DNA of 58,798 bases, counting the filler, from Sphacelaria rigidula (lineage: Eukaryota): NCBI GenBank assembly GCA_964200075.2. It is 3 parts of 3 records of this genome, joined end to end, with 100 filler letters (N's around TTAATTAATTAA, not from the genome) between each part and the next. Parts side by side here need not be neighbours in the genome. Positions count along the whole stretch, not along the records: positions 19,638 to 39,172 come from CAXNAA020000650.1; positions 39,273 to 58,798 come from CAXNAA020000651.1; 1 more part is not named here. One strand, 5' to 3'. The position numbers and the translations under genes are program-made. Below the pieces are notes generated by a model. That model saw nothing but the letters and a program-made list of their open reading frames with translations, searched no databases and had not been told where the DNA came from. Positions within the stretch are counted from its first letter, which is position 1. The number at the start of each line of letters is the position of its first letter. Positions 37,866 through 49,655 of this stretch are shown here, one piece after another.

Positions 37866-39172
37866 ATAACCCGAGGAAAATCATCGGCCACCTTCGACGG
37901 TTCCTACCGTCACCGGGAGTCTCACGACTTCCACAGTTACGTTGAGTTGGTAGTGATGATCTGGATCATGAACGGAGACACTAGCTTGATACCCCAACAT
38001 TTCGGTGATCGATACCGTGGCGTGTCTGAGAGGGTGCCTTTGAACGACACTCCTGATAATATGAGATGTTGTAAGGCTGACAAGTGAGTCGGAGGCCAGT
38101 GAGACCGGGGAGTTCCTCAACAGCAGTGATCCACCAGTCCTTCTTCTGGCTGGCGTCACAGAGCTTACGGCGCTCAACGAAACCCTCATATTCCCCGATA
38201 CCCCCCCCCCCCTCAAGTTCAGGGGATATGAGGGCTTGGCTCAGCGCTGTAAGCTCACAGAGTCGGCAGAATGCGCTGAAAAAGTATCCACGCGATCGAG
38301 GTGCATGAGGCCGACAAAAGAGTCATCGGGCACCGTCACTGTAGGTGTGGGGAAAGCACTCGTTTGAGCTTCAGACTCATTTTAGCATACAACCTCATGT
38401 TATAGAATTGTCTGTTATATGTTGATTTTAGTATCCAACCGTATGTGCGCCTCATCTGTAGGACTGCTGCCGAGATAACTCCCCCCCGAACTGGCCAAAA
38501 ACGTGCACGGAGGCGATGATCATAAATGTTGTCAGAGGTGGTTTCGTGCTGCACGACGCGACTCATTTGGGCGTTTTAGCTTATTTCAGACTGCTACACG
38601 CCTCTCACGTGGGCGAGATTGCAGAAAACGCGCCCAATAGTGAGACTGCAGCCAGTTTGTCGGACGGTCTCCCGTGCACTTTTTGTGGGGGGGCTATCTC
38701 GGCATTAGTCGTAGATAGATAACGAGAAAGGCAAAGGTCTGGGTATCGATTGTTTCCCCGTTCCCTGGTTAATGCCGACACCAAAAATCATCATCCGCTG
38801 TACATTTCCTTCGGAGTTCCACGTAGAACAACGTTTTCGTGAGATTGAAAGTAGAGCGCTGATTGAGAGTGGCTTTGATTATTCGCTTTAACTTGGCCAA
38901 TTTTTCATTCAGCGTGTGTGTGCTTTTTTTGCCTTTATCACAGGCGTGTGCTTACACTTACACGTCGATATCCTACACAGGGATATCAAGGGCCTCAGTG
39001 GCAAGCCACAACACAAATCATATCGGGCCTCGCAGAGGGGCATTTCGGAGCTGAAACGATTCATTCACTAGTTGAATGTTTTTGACTCTCAATCGTATTC
39101 TTTAGAGGGAAATGTACCAATTAAGATACAGAGCCAATTAAGATACAAGTTTTTTTAATCGTTCACATCTCC

Positions 39173-39272
39173 NNNNNNNNNNNNNNNNNNNNNNNNNNNN
39201 NNNNNNNNNNNNNNNNTTAATTAATTAANNNNNNNNNNNNNNNNNNNNNNNNNNNNNNNNNNNNNNNNNNNN
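39173..39272. other. assembly gap with artificial stop-codon linker
   Basis: N44 + TTAATTAATTAA (39217-39228) + N44. Confidence 0.97.
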
Positions 39273-41885
39273 TCCACTTGGGCGATGCTTTCAGGTCCGC
39301 AGCTGCATGCACAAGGGGTGCGGAACCTCGGGCGAAATCAGGACATTTGCCATCATCCACCGTTTCTCGCGGAGGCGTCTATTTCGCTTTAAAAAAAAGA
39401 AATTTTTCCCCGTCGTAAACACTGTATATTTGTTTTCTTGGCTTTGTCTTCAGCCATAATTATATTTTTGGGACGAGTTTAATTCAACATACTTTAGCCT
39501 ATGGGCCGGCAGCCGAAAGTGGTGAACACCCGAACAGGATTTCTTCGTCCGTTGCTTCTCTTCATAAGCTTTCCTTCTGCCTTTAGGCGCGCTTTGCGAG
39601 GTGAGATTGTTTTTGTGGCCATCCAGATCTATGCTGCAAACGTCGAACAGGTATCGCCAAATACATTTGCATGTCGTCACCTACCTCCGCAGCTGATCCA
39701 GGATGTACCACTGAAAGCCAACGTCTTGTACACCGGATGCCGCCATAGTTGAGTTGCACACATGCAGGCAAGCTTTCCCCTCGTGCATTCGTCCGTCTCC
39801 GTCCCAGCCAACCTCCAAAATTGTCCTAAAATCCTATTGTAGGCCTAGAATAACTGTCGGGCGACCTTGCCGTGTATTGCATACCCCTCCACCCTTACTG
39901 TCTGAACCGATACATAAACTGTTCCGAAAATCCCGCGGGCTACCTCGGTGACATCCAGGCCTCTATTCGTATTCTTTGCGTCTGAAATCGTTGGAAAGAT
40001 GCGCCCAAATCCAAACGAAGACAACGTCGCGTATGGAAACGCGCGATACGCGCATGAGTTAGGTGTGGGGGTGGTTTTTCCTTTGCGCTGTCAACTCCCT
40101 AAAAATATATATCTGTATAGTTAGACATGCTAATAATCGAGGCCAAAACATGAAGGAATTTTTTTCAAAAAGTGTGTAGGATCTTCCTGTCGGAAAACCG
40201 CACAAGTCAATGAGATGGATATGATCTGCCCAGTCGACTGGCAAAAAAGTGAAAAGGCCGCCCGGTTGGTCAGGAAAAGAAGCGTAGGAGGCCATCTGCA
40301 CCCATAACACGCACGCGTCCCTGCTGCATTGCATCACCCGTACGGTCTGTTCACCACTCATGTTCCGTCAAAACTGTGACAATTCAACTCAGATGGGCCA
40401 CGCTGGGGGTGCCCGTCTGTATAGGTCGAGACAAAGCCGTTCGAGAACGCACAGTGCAGTAAAGCAGTACATTGCTATATCTTACAGTACGATGCTGTCT
40501 TCCCTCTCCCCCATTGTGTTCGTTCCGTTTGTCTCTGGGTATCACCAAGGATCAGACTACACCAAACTTGACACCGTCATCCCTTCCTGCCTCCAGTTGC
40601 AAAAAAAGTTCTTGGGTTGCGGTGGGCATTCATTTTCGAAGTAATTAGTATGCCCATACAAACGCAACTAACTCATCATGATGTGGCTACTGTCTGTGTA
40701 AATAGACAAAGCCGAAGTGCACCGTACAGCACAGTACAATCAGTACAGTACAGCGCAGTACATACACTGTAATCTTCTCTGCGTCCCCCGCCGCACTCCT
40801 TCTTTCTTCTGTGGGTATCGTCGAGTATCGGATTATTCCTTTGGAGAGCGTCACCTATTCCCGCCCGCTCTTAGAGTAAGTGACGCTTGATCGCCAGGGC
40901 GGTGTATTGCGTGTTGTATTCATTTGTCAAGTCAAAATCTCTGAGGTAGAAGCTCGAGTCGCTTCGGAAGAAGGCTGTAGAGGCTGTACGATGAACATAG
41001 CGGTAAGAATACAATCAGCACCACAGACGAAGAGGAGAGCACGATTCGGTCACCACGATGTTGTTCCAGTACACGCCATGTTCTTTACCTTGGGTCCGTT
41101 GTGCGGCTGCTGTGTGTGTACACAAGCGACGGTGCTTTTCTGAACTGAAAATTTTAGAGTGCATCATACTTGCACATGCGCACTCACCCAACTGAAGTTA
41201 CTACGCGACCGATTCAGACCTGCCCCCCAACGGCTCCCCCCGAGCCCCTTCTGGCTGTCATTTTTTCCACTTGAATTTATCAAGGACAGTGCGTTGGTCA
41301 GGAGATGCTCAATCGAGGGATGGGCTTATTCGGGCGATTAGTGATTCGAGCGCCGATTGTTGCGTTGCGTGCCCGCAACCCCAATGCATCATGCTGCAGT
41401 GGTCATTTCAGGGCAAGTCCCGCGCTTAGATGAAAAAGCCGGAAATATATGTATATATATACTCAGGTTTAGAGAGTACGCCTCAAAGCAGGAGGACAAG
41501 GTGACTGCTATAGGGTGCGTGTGGATGGTCAGCAACAGGATGTAGGGTCTGAACAGAGATGGTGCTGCCTGTGCCTGCGATCAACCCGTCAAGAGATTTG
41601 AGTGTAAAAGCAAGTGTATATGGGCGGAGCAGCCCAGATCAAGAAAGGAAAAGGGGAATTATTGTCTGTGGTCGTTATGATATCCTCGAACAGCCAATTC
41701 ACGTTTTTTGCCCCGATTAGCATGTCTAACAGTAGTAGGGTCGGGAATGACCCTCGTAGAACGGGAGTGGTGTCCGAGCCCCAGCCTCACGAACGACAAA
41801 AAGCGCGTTCTGCTGGCTGATGGTTAGGCTACTTCTTAAGACAATCTTTTATGGCAGTCACCAATCTCGATTTTTTCGAGCATCA

Positions 41886-43201
41886 GGCGGAGTCTTATCA
41901 AAAGTGATGATCACCTTTAAAAAACCACTTTCGGAGAAGTGATTGTCCCCTCACAACGGCCAGTGCTGAGTCTTATCGACAAGCAGTTTTGTCCAGATCG
42001 GAGCCCAGGAACAAAATGAGGCGGTTCTGGAAGTGGCCTTCAGTCCACTATCTCTGTAGTGCTGCAGACAAGACGCGACGAGATCGCACAGCGCCGACAC
42101 ACCGGGCCACGGAAACCCACGCATAGACACCCACCACTCACGCGCACTAGCTCAAGCTTAATCATCTACACACGGCAGTCTTTGTTCGACGTAAATCCGT
42201 CCAGTATTGTAGTACGAGTATTGTATGAGAGGAGGGCGCGTGCGTGTCAAATAGCAACGGACAACCTGCCGTTGCTGACTGTTTGTGAGCATGTGCTGTG
42301 CGCGCGTCTCACACAAATCATCATATCTTATTGAATTCTAAACCGATTTGAGCAAGGTCACGCAGAGTATGCTCAGGTGATGAGCAGCAATGAATTTAGT
42401 GGTGTGCTTTGGTTTGCGAGGGCCATGCAATCCTCAGGTTCACGTTTGATTGTGTTGACTTCTCTGTCAAGCCTTCGGTGATGCATGTCCCTGTCAACGG
42501 GGCGTCTTATGATCCCGTTCAAGGTGTCACATTTTTTTTTTTTCCTGCAAAAGTGATTTCAGGCGCCCCTTATAACATACAAACATGTAAAAGATTCTGG
42601 ATAAGTGCCTTTATGGACCTGTTATGTCGTTTTGTGACCCAAAAGAGAGCTTGGCGGTGTTTGACACCTTGGAATGACTTGCTTCACTAGTTGAGGCGTT
42701 TCCAGGATATCTTCCCGTTCTCCGGTGGCCGTAGTTTTTATTTTGGCCAAACAAGAATTCTTGTCCAAGAACGGTATAAAACAGTCATGTCCAGAGGAAG
42801 GTGGCGATTTCTTCTAGATTTGACTGCTTTTCATCGTTCTTGGACAAAAATTCTTGTTTGGCCAAAATGGAAACTGCGGCCACCCGGAAACGGGAAGATG
42901 TCCTGGAACCGCCTCAACTAGTGGAGCAAGTCATTCCAAGGTGTCACACTCCGCCTAGCTCTCTTTTGGGGCGTAAAACGACGTAAAAAACTCAAAAAAG
43001 TACTTTTCCAGATTTTTATTTTTGTATGTTATAAGGAGCGGCCTCAGGAAGTGCCTTTTTACACTCTGAAATCACTTATGCAAAGGTATTTCGTGGCACT
43101 TTTTTGGGGGGGGGGGGAGGGGTGTCGCAGAAAACAATAATCGGTCGTTTTTTACAAGGAATTTCATGAAAAGTGACAATTACTTCTGGTAAGACTCCGC
43201 C
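41886..43201. mobile_element. non-autonomous PIF/Harbinger-like (Tourist-type) element
   Basis: TIRs GGCGGAGTCTTATCAAAAGTGAT / ATTACTTCTGGTAAGACTCCGCC. 3-bp TSD TCA (41883-41885 and 43202-43204). Confidence 0.8.
42562..43043. mobile_element. palindromic Tourist-like MITE nested in the previous element
   Basis: Near-complete ~480-bp hairpin (GGCGCCCCTTATAACATACAAA / TTTGTATGTTATAAGGAGCGGCC). TSD TCA (42559-42561 and 43044-43046). Confidence 0.85.
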
Positions 43202-43687
43202 TCAGGTGCAAAAAATCGGGGAATGCAATTCATGGACACCAATTTGGATCAAATCGGGGGAAATCGTTACGAGATAGTGACTCATCCCCGATTTTGAATA
43301 GGTGACGTAGGTGCATTGACGTCCAATGGTAGGGTACGGGGAGTTTGATACTTTTGCAAGCGCAACAGAAGACAGTTCCGTGACAACGTCGGGCGTGCCT
43401 TCCCGCGCCAGCTGCTGAAGCAGCTTCGCATGGGGGTTAACAAGCGGATAACAAGTGTTGATGCCTTACCCGGCAGCGATGGTAATATTTTATGCTGCGC
43501 TGCGCTGCCATATGTATCACTATAAGGAACGGTACTGTACTCACCTCGTCTGTTGTCGCTGTACTTGGAGGGTGATGTATGGTACTGCACTACTGAACTC
43601 TGCTCGCGCACTGTTTGTTCACTGTTCTCGCATTATCGACTGTGTCATGTAGTACGACACGGCGTTATAATATACTGCGCTGACCGG

Positions 43688-44033
43688 TCGCCCCGGTGGC
43701 TCAATTGGTAAGCTCGAAACCCTCTGACGGTTTGGCTATGTGTTCAAATCTCGGAGCGATCTTGGATTCTTCTCATGCCCAACCGTGGAGAGTGACTATG
43801 TCGTGAGTGCACAAAATTCGACTTCGCGGGCGACAAGAGAAGGGGATTGCTGAACCCCTCTCGCGATAAATAATGAAACGGCAAGCACCGCAGAAGGAAA
43901 GTGGAGTACTCGAACAAAACAAAAAAGAAGAAACTCCTGTGTTGGCCTTTCTCCTGAGACCCCGGCTGGTGCGCCCACATATACCGAAAGGTGTAGACTG
44001 GCGTCAAAAATGGATGGGACGACATCACACGCA
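43688..44033 (+). mobile_element. tRNA-derived SINE
   Basis: A-box TGGCTCAATTGG (43697-43708), B-box GTTCAAATC (43742-43750), and an acceptor-like stem TCGCCCCG / CGGAGCGA. Absent from the family-X copy at ~54610. Flanked by an imperfect CGCTGA.. duplication and ends in a CA-rich tail. Confidence 0.7.
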
Positions 44034-44211
44034 CGCTGATGGATTGTCCTGCACTGTATTACCCTAGTGTACCGAGATACGACACTGTACTCGAAGGATT
44101 ATTCGCCGCTTGCCTGCTCTTCGGCTTCATGCACGAGTACGCAGTACCATACTCATGCAGAAATTGATCTTCTGTGTACAAAACTGTTTTCACAAATCTG
44201 TGATACTGTAA

Positions 44212-46256
44212 TGGGTGCGCCTGACCCTCCAAAATGAGCACAAAAAAGTGTCACCGACCAAAAGCACGAACAGACCGGAGATGTCGTTCATCCTCTGGCT
44301 ATGCACGCCGCAAAATCCCTCAAAGTACTTGTGATTTGAGTAGGGTTTCCATTCCACGCTTTACAAGTTTTCTTGTTCGGGAGGACGAACCACGGCGTGG
44401 TTCGACTACTCACCGGCGTGTATTTTTCCAAGCTACAATTGTACAGGTTGGTTTTACCTAAGAAGTTACTGTGATCGAGAAAATCGCAAAAAAAAAAAAA
44501 CATGTTTTTTTTCACTCAGTTCGTTATAAAACTCGCATCCTGGTGAGATAAAAAAAATCAACGGGTTCAATTGTAGCTGTCGTCTTGGCGCAGATGATGC
44601 ATAAAGTCGCATCGCAACCGATGGCCGTGGCGATGAGTATTCTCTGAAACAGATTGGGCTGTCATCGCAAAGACGCACCTCCAACCCTCCCCGGTCTCCA
44701 CAAAACACGAAAACCTCACCCCTGTCTAACGGCCTCGGAATAGATGACACCCATGAATGACTCTCGATAGTGCAGATGGTTGATACATCGGCTTTGTGGA
44801 ATGTTGCAGAATTTGAACCTTCGACCGAGCCCCCAGAAGCAAGAATCATCTTCGCGACCTCGCAGCAGCGGAGAGAACAAATCATAACACTTGCACTAAC
44901 GAAGGCATACCGAGAACCATCGGGCAAGGCGGGTGCGGCGTGTTTCGATGGCGAAGAGAGCGTTGCCAGACCTCGAATCGGCGCCCCAGGCGCCGATCAG
45001 ACAAGAACGCGTTCTGGGACGCTAGGAGAATGCTCGGAGCACAGCCCCCATGAAAGATCCGGATTTCGGTTTTCACACCAAGAACACGATTGGCCGACTC
45101 ACGCTCCCGAGTGGGAAAGTATACTGCGCCAAGACGACACAAGGTCGTTGGCCCACTTTCGCTGAAGCCACATGGCACCGAAGCCCCAATCATGTCCTTC
45201 AGTGGACCCTCCCGTCCTAAGACACGCATCTGTTGTATCGGCAATTATGGGTGACAGACGACCGTTTGCTTTCATTCCCTCTTCCAAAACATCTTTGGAG
45301 TCCGATGAACCCCTAGACCGCGAGGGTAGTCCATCTGGACCATGCATGCTTTTTTCGAGTGAAAATTGAAAAATGATGCCGATTCAGCATGTGACCAAGC
45401 CGTCGCGGTCAAAGAGCTAATTAATACCATATTCATCAAATGAAAAGCCATGCCCACGGAACAACAGATACACTTTGAAAGGCGAGTCATTCGTCCGACA
45501 AAAGTTGTGGAATCATGGCAGCCGATGAATCAAGCTCCTCAAACCATGACGAGGTGGTGGACCAACACCCGCCCAGCCCATATTTCACACCTGGTGACTA
45601 TTTGTACTCCGCCTGTCTGTGTAAGGGCCGTCCTCGTTGAAGTTCATCTGTACATATGACTCTGTCGCATGTTGAGCACATCATGTTGACCCAGCTTTGA
45701 TCCGCTCAAAAATGGTTCAGCCTCCTGGTTTCACTCACCGGCGTTGGGCTACAAATGTTCATGGATTACTTGGTCTGAGTGCGTACAACGAGAATCGGAA
45801 TTTTAGTAGGGCTGACGGTCCCGGGTACACCTCGGCTGCGCACAACGCGTTTTCGTTGAAATCTGCGCCACAGAAGCCGATTTGGGGTCTACCAAGGCCT
45901 CACTTTCTTCAGGGAATGTATGTACCGCCCTTGCCCGAGTGTTCTCGGTGTGCGTAGGGTTGGTTCAACCCAATCAGCCTCCTTGCATGCCAGGTATCGC
46001 AAGCGCGGACGAAAGGCGACGCAGTGGCATGCAATATATGAGGAACAACGGAAATACCGGTAGGGTTCTGATTTTAGACGGCAGTCCACTTCTTTTCGAT
46101 ATGAATTTCGGATCCATGCCGTTCTCTTCCGATTACGTAAGGCGCATTTTACTCCACGAGCCTGGATTAGCCCCAAAAGTCGGTCTGTCCGTGCCTGTTC
46201 GTGATATTGGTCGGTGACACTTTTTTTTCCTTTTTTGGGGGGGTCAGGCGCGCCCA
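44212..46256. mobile_element. PIF/Harbinger-like deletion derivative (2045 bp)
   Basis: TIRs TGGGTGCGCCTGACCC...AAAAAAGTGTCACCGACCAA / TTGGTCGGTGACACTTTTTT...GGGTCAGGCGCGCCCA. TSD TAA (44209-44211 and 46257-46259). No intact transposase recognised. Confidence 0.8.
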
Positions 46257-46656
46257 TAACTGTCTGCACCATAAAACGGTCCCCCCGATTTTGATCTCGC
46301 GCATTTGAGTCGAGCAAAATCAAGATTCGATGCCATGAAGGTGGTCTGAAAACGGCTCCCCCGGTTTCTTCGCGAATTTGAGTCCCATCGGGATCTCGAA
46401 GAAATCGAGACTCGTTGCCATAAAACTTGGTCTATCCGTTACATGGTGTCACAGATTCGTGAAACAGAGCTATACACGGTCATTCTCTGCATGAGTGTGG
46501 TATCGCGTACTCGTGCATGAAGCCGAAGAGGAGGCAGGCGGTGAATAATCCTTTGAGTACAGTATCGTACCGCAGTATCCTAGGGTAAAACAGGGTAGGA
46601 CACCCCATCATTACAGTACATGATCATGCCGTGTGTTAATACATGATGGTACACAG

Positions 46657-49277
46657 TTATGGGTGGGGATGGAGGGCCTGGCGACCAAAAATGAGCGGTA
46701 AACTACAAATAATGAAACGCGGAGGAATAATGAACACGTCAGTAGGTGGTCGCACCTGTGCCAAGGCCCTCACGAACAGAACGCACACTTCATCACTTAT
46801 AAAGTTGGTGTTCTGTGGGACAGCTGTAGCATCGGAGATCGCGCTGTTCTCGACACAGGAAGCAAGGCGCCCCTAGCACTTGACAGCCCCCCCCCGCATA
46901 CACACAAGATCTAGGGGATATGGTTTCACATTTTGTGAACTCTCCCTCTGCTTCGTGTCTGGGCTCCAGTGCAGAAGCCAAGGCGTCTAGGGCGATTCTA
47001 GTACTTGCACTGCCTTACATATGCTAGCGACCGTGATCATGTATTTCGTAACTGTCTGTATGTTCTAATATAAGAAAAACACTTCCTCTGTCCCATAAGT
47101 CTGTGCCGTTATGTTTGTTTGAGCCATTAACGATGTCCGATTTGATTTTCGATTTTTTGCTTGAATTCGTCGACTTTGTTTTAGCTAAGAACAATACTCT
47201 TTCTGCAACGTGGGTGCCTGACCCGTGCAGCCTCGCGACCGAGAGACAGTGGGTCGGTCAAAATATGGTCATTTTTCGCTTTTTTCCCACAGTAAAGCAC
47301 GACAGACCCAAGAATCGCGAAAAATCGCGAAAAATCGCGAAAAAAATGTGAAAACCGCGAAACCACCACTGGTGTTGGTATCTCCGTGACATTAACCTAC
47401 GCACATCCCATCTGACAATTTTTCAGCATTTAATCGCTAGTACTCGACGTAAAAACGTCCAAATTCGGTCAACATTGATGTGTAAGTGGACCAAAAAGGG
47501 CCAGAATGGGGTATATTTTGACCTAATTTCAGTACTGAAAACAAGTTTTTTTTTTCCCTTTTATTGACTCAGCTTCGTCTGCGCGTTATCCCTCCAACGA
47601 ACCCAACCGTAGGGTGATCGTCAGCGTTGAAATACCCAAACGATCAAACGTCCATAACTGCACAGGCTTATGGGACAGAGGAAGTATGCGAACTTTGCGA
47701 CGTTCGACAAGCTCCGTTTTGGGCTGCTTGTTTTTTTCTCGTGGCGAGCAACGTGTGACGGCATTTCACTCTGTGGTGTGTCACCAGGTGCTGCTTCGTT
47801 CGTACGGCTCGTACGGCTGTGCGCAAAGGGCAAATTCGCTTTTCAACAGAGAGTACCCTTCATGTATTGAGTTACAAAAGGCGAGGCCACACGTGAACTT
47901 TGGCTGTTGTGTCTGAGGGTTCCAGCGGAGAAACCAAGCCGCGAAGAGCGATTTTCATTGTTGACTGCGCACTGATAATGTATGACGAGGTCGGCAGAGC
48001 GACGATGTTTCAAGTGGCTGCCTGTACATACTGCAAAGAATATGCAAACCATGTGATTGAGCCAACTTGCATCTTCGACCAAATGTTGATTTTTAGCAGC
48101 AGTCAATGTCATCACATTTGCACTTGTGGCGGTCCACCATGCGCTGCTCTGTTCTGTGGGAATGTGCACAAAAGACAACAGCACGCATCATGAGCGAATA
48201 CCCCTCTATCCCTTGACTTTGTAGAGGACGAGTTCACAGATGAAATACGGCTGTCTTGTGGCGGACGTTTTCGAGACACAACCCAAGGCGTCTAGGGTGA
48301 GTTGTTTCTTCGATGACGCACTGGCAATGTATAACCGGGCCGGCAGAGCGTTTCACGTGACTGCCTGTACATACTACAGAGAACCTGTAAACCATGCGGC
48401 TTTAGTCGACTTGTTGTTTAAACGGGACACTATACAGGCGAGAAGGAGCGCAGTCGGTGACTAACCAATTCACCTCGCCCCCTTCCATACCACCATCCAT
48501 CCCGTCTCTGCTGGCCTCGCAAATGTTTCTCGTCACGCCTGTCCAACTTTGTCCCTTACGAGATTGTGAAATCAGAGGAAAATTTATGTTCAAGATGTTG
48601 ATCTGGACAGGATGTACCAGACCGTGCCCAAGCGACTGACAAGATGAGATTTCCCCCACTCATGCCATGGCCCTGACCCCATGGGGCGCATGAAAAAATT
48701 ACAGTCCAATCGTGCAGTCACAGCTCCGTGTAGGGCATGCAGCGCACAGCCAATCCGCACAGCGTGAACCTCTTACCATCAACATCGTTCTCAGTAGTCT
48801 TAACGTGCGCGACGCTGCTGCTCATGGTTCTCCAAATTTCCGTCCTTTCTCGTTCTAGCACTACGACAGGTACGCCTTTCACTGAAGTTGCGTTGGTGTG
48901 TGGCGGCCACAACTGCCGCTGTTCATGTTCTTGTCTTGTCTTCGCGATGGCGGTAAACGTGGGGTGGCAGGTCGGGGGCGTGTGCTTCCCGAGTTAGTAC
49001 AGCAGCTGGACACTAGTGCACCAAGAGATTCCACCCAGTGATCTTGAGCGATTTTTCCGGAGGAACGGCATCATGTCAATACCGCTCATTGACAGGCCTG
49101 AATAAATGTACTAAATGTATTGTACATTTCATATCAGCCAGGTCATTTTTTTAGGTGACGCTTGTTTTTTTATTGGTACGATGCGCCCGATTACGGTCCA
49201 ATTCTTACTCATATGGCGTCTGGGATCCATTTTCCCGAAATATAGTACCCAAAATCGGGCCCCATTCCCACCCATAA
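46657..49277. mobile_element. unclassified TIR element (2.6 kb) with decayed coding-like interior
   Basis: TIRs TTATGGGTGGGGATGGAGGGCC / GGCCCCATTCCCACCCATAA. The TSD is either CAG (3 bp) or ACAGT (5 bp). The host sequence CACAG|TCGGTATTG rejoins exactly on removal. Confidence 0.75.
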
Positions 49278-49655
49278 CAGTCGGTATTGAGAACGGTATA
49301 CAGTGTGCAACAAGAGTTCAGCAGTGCAGTGCATACCATCTCCCTGCAAGTACAGCGACAATGGCTAGGATACTGTAGTACGGTACCGTTCGTTGTAGTG
49401 ATACACATGGCAGCGCAGCGCAGCATAAAATATTACCATCGCCGCAGGGCACGGCGTCAACACTTGTTATCCGCTTGTCGAACCCCGTGCGAAGCTGCTT
49501 CAGCACCTGGCGCGGACGGGCACTCCCTGCGTTGTCACGAAGCTTGACTTCTGCTGCGGTTGCAAAAGTATCAAGCGTTTCGTACCCTACCATTGTACGT
49601 CAATGCACGCACGTCACCTCAAAATGGGGGGGGAGTCACGATCTCGGAACGATTT

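Larger units (their letters stand above)
28190..37935 (+). mobile_element. Ty3/Gypsy LTR retrotransposon B with chromodomain, degenerate, inserted in the 3' LTR of A
   Basis: 5' LTR 28190-28558 and 3' LTR 37117-37935 (TGTGGA...TCCACA). 4-bp TSD GTTA (28186-28189 and 37936-37939). PBS-like TGGCTGACACC at 28560. PPT AAAGGGGGGAGGGGTGA at 37100-37116. Confidence 0.95.
23243..38160 (+). mobile_element. Ty3/Gypsy LTR retrotransposon A with chromodomain, degenerate; 3' LTR split by element B
   Basis: 5' LTR 23243-23462 (TGTGACG...CGTCACA). 3' LTR 28169-28189 plus 37936-38160. 4-bp TSD GAGC (23239-23242 and 38161-38164). G-rich PPT at ~28158-28168. Domain order gag-PR-(RT)-RH-IN-chromodomain. Confidence 0.93.
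23075..38420. mobile_element. palindromic MITE (~420 bp when reconstructed), split by insertion of LTR element A
   Basis: 23075-23242 joined to 38165-38195 is the reverse complement of ~38222-38420, e.g. GACTCTGGGAGC|TTACGGCGCTCAACGAAACCCTCATAT versus ATATGAGGGCTTGGCTCAGCGCTGTAAGCTCACAGAGTC. Confidence 0.8.

Noticed and set aside
43688-43759. Functional tRNA gene
   Set aside because: I see no convincing anticodon arm, and it is part of a ~350-bp insertion absent from a sister repeat, so a SINE head fits better.
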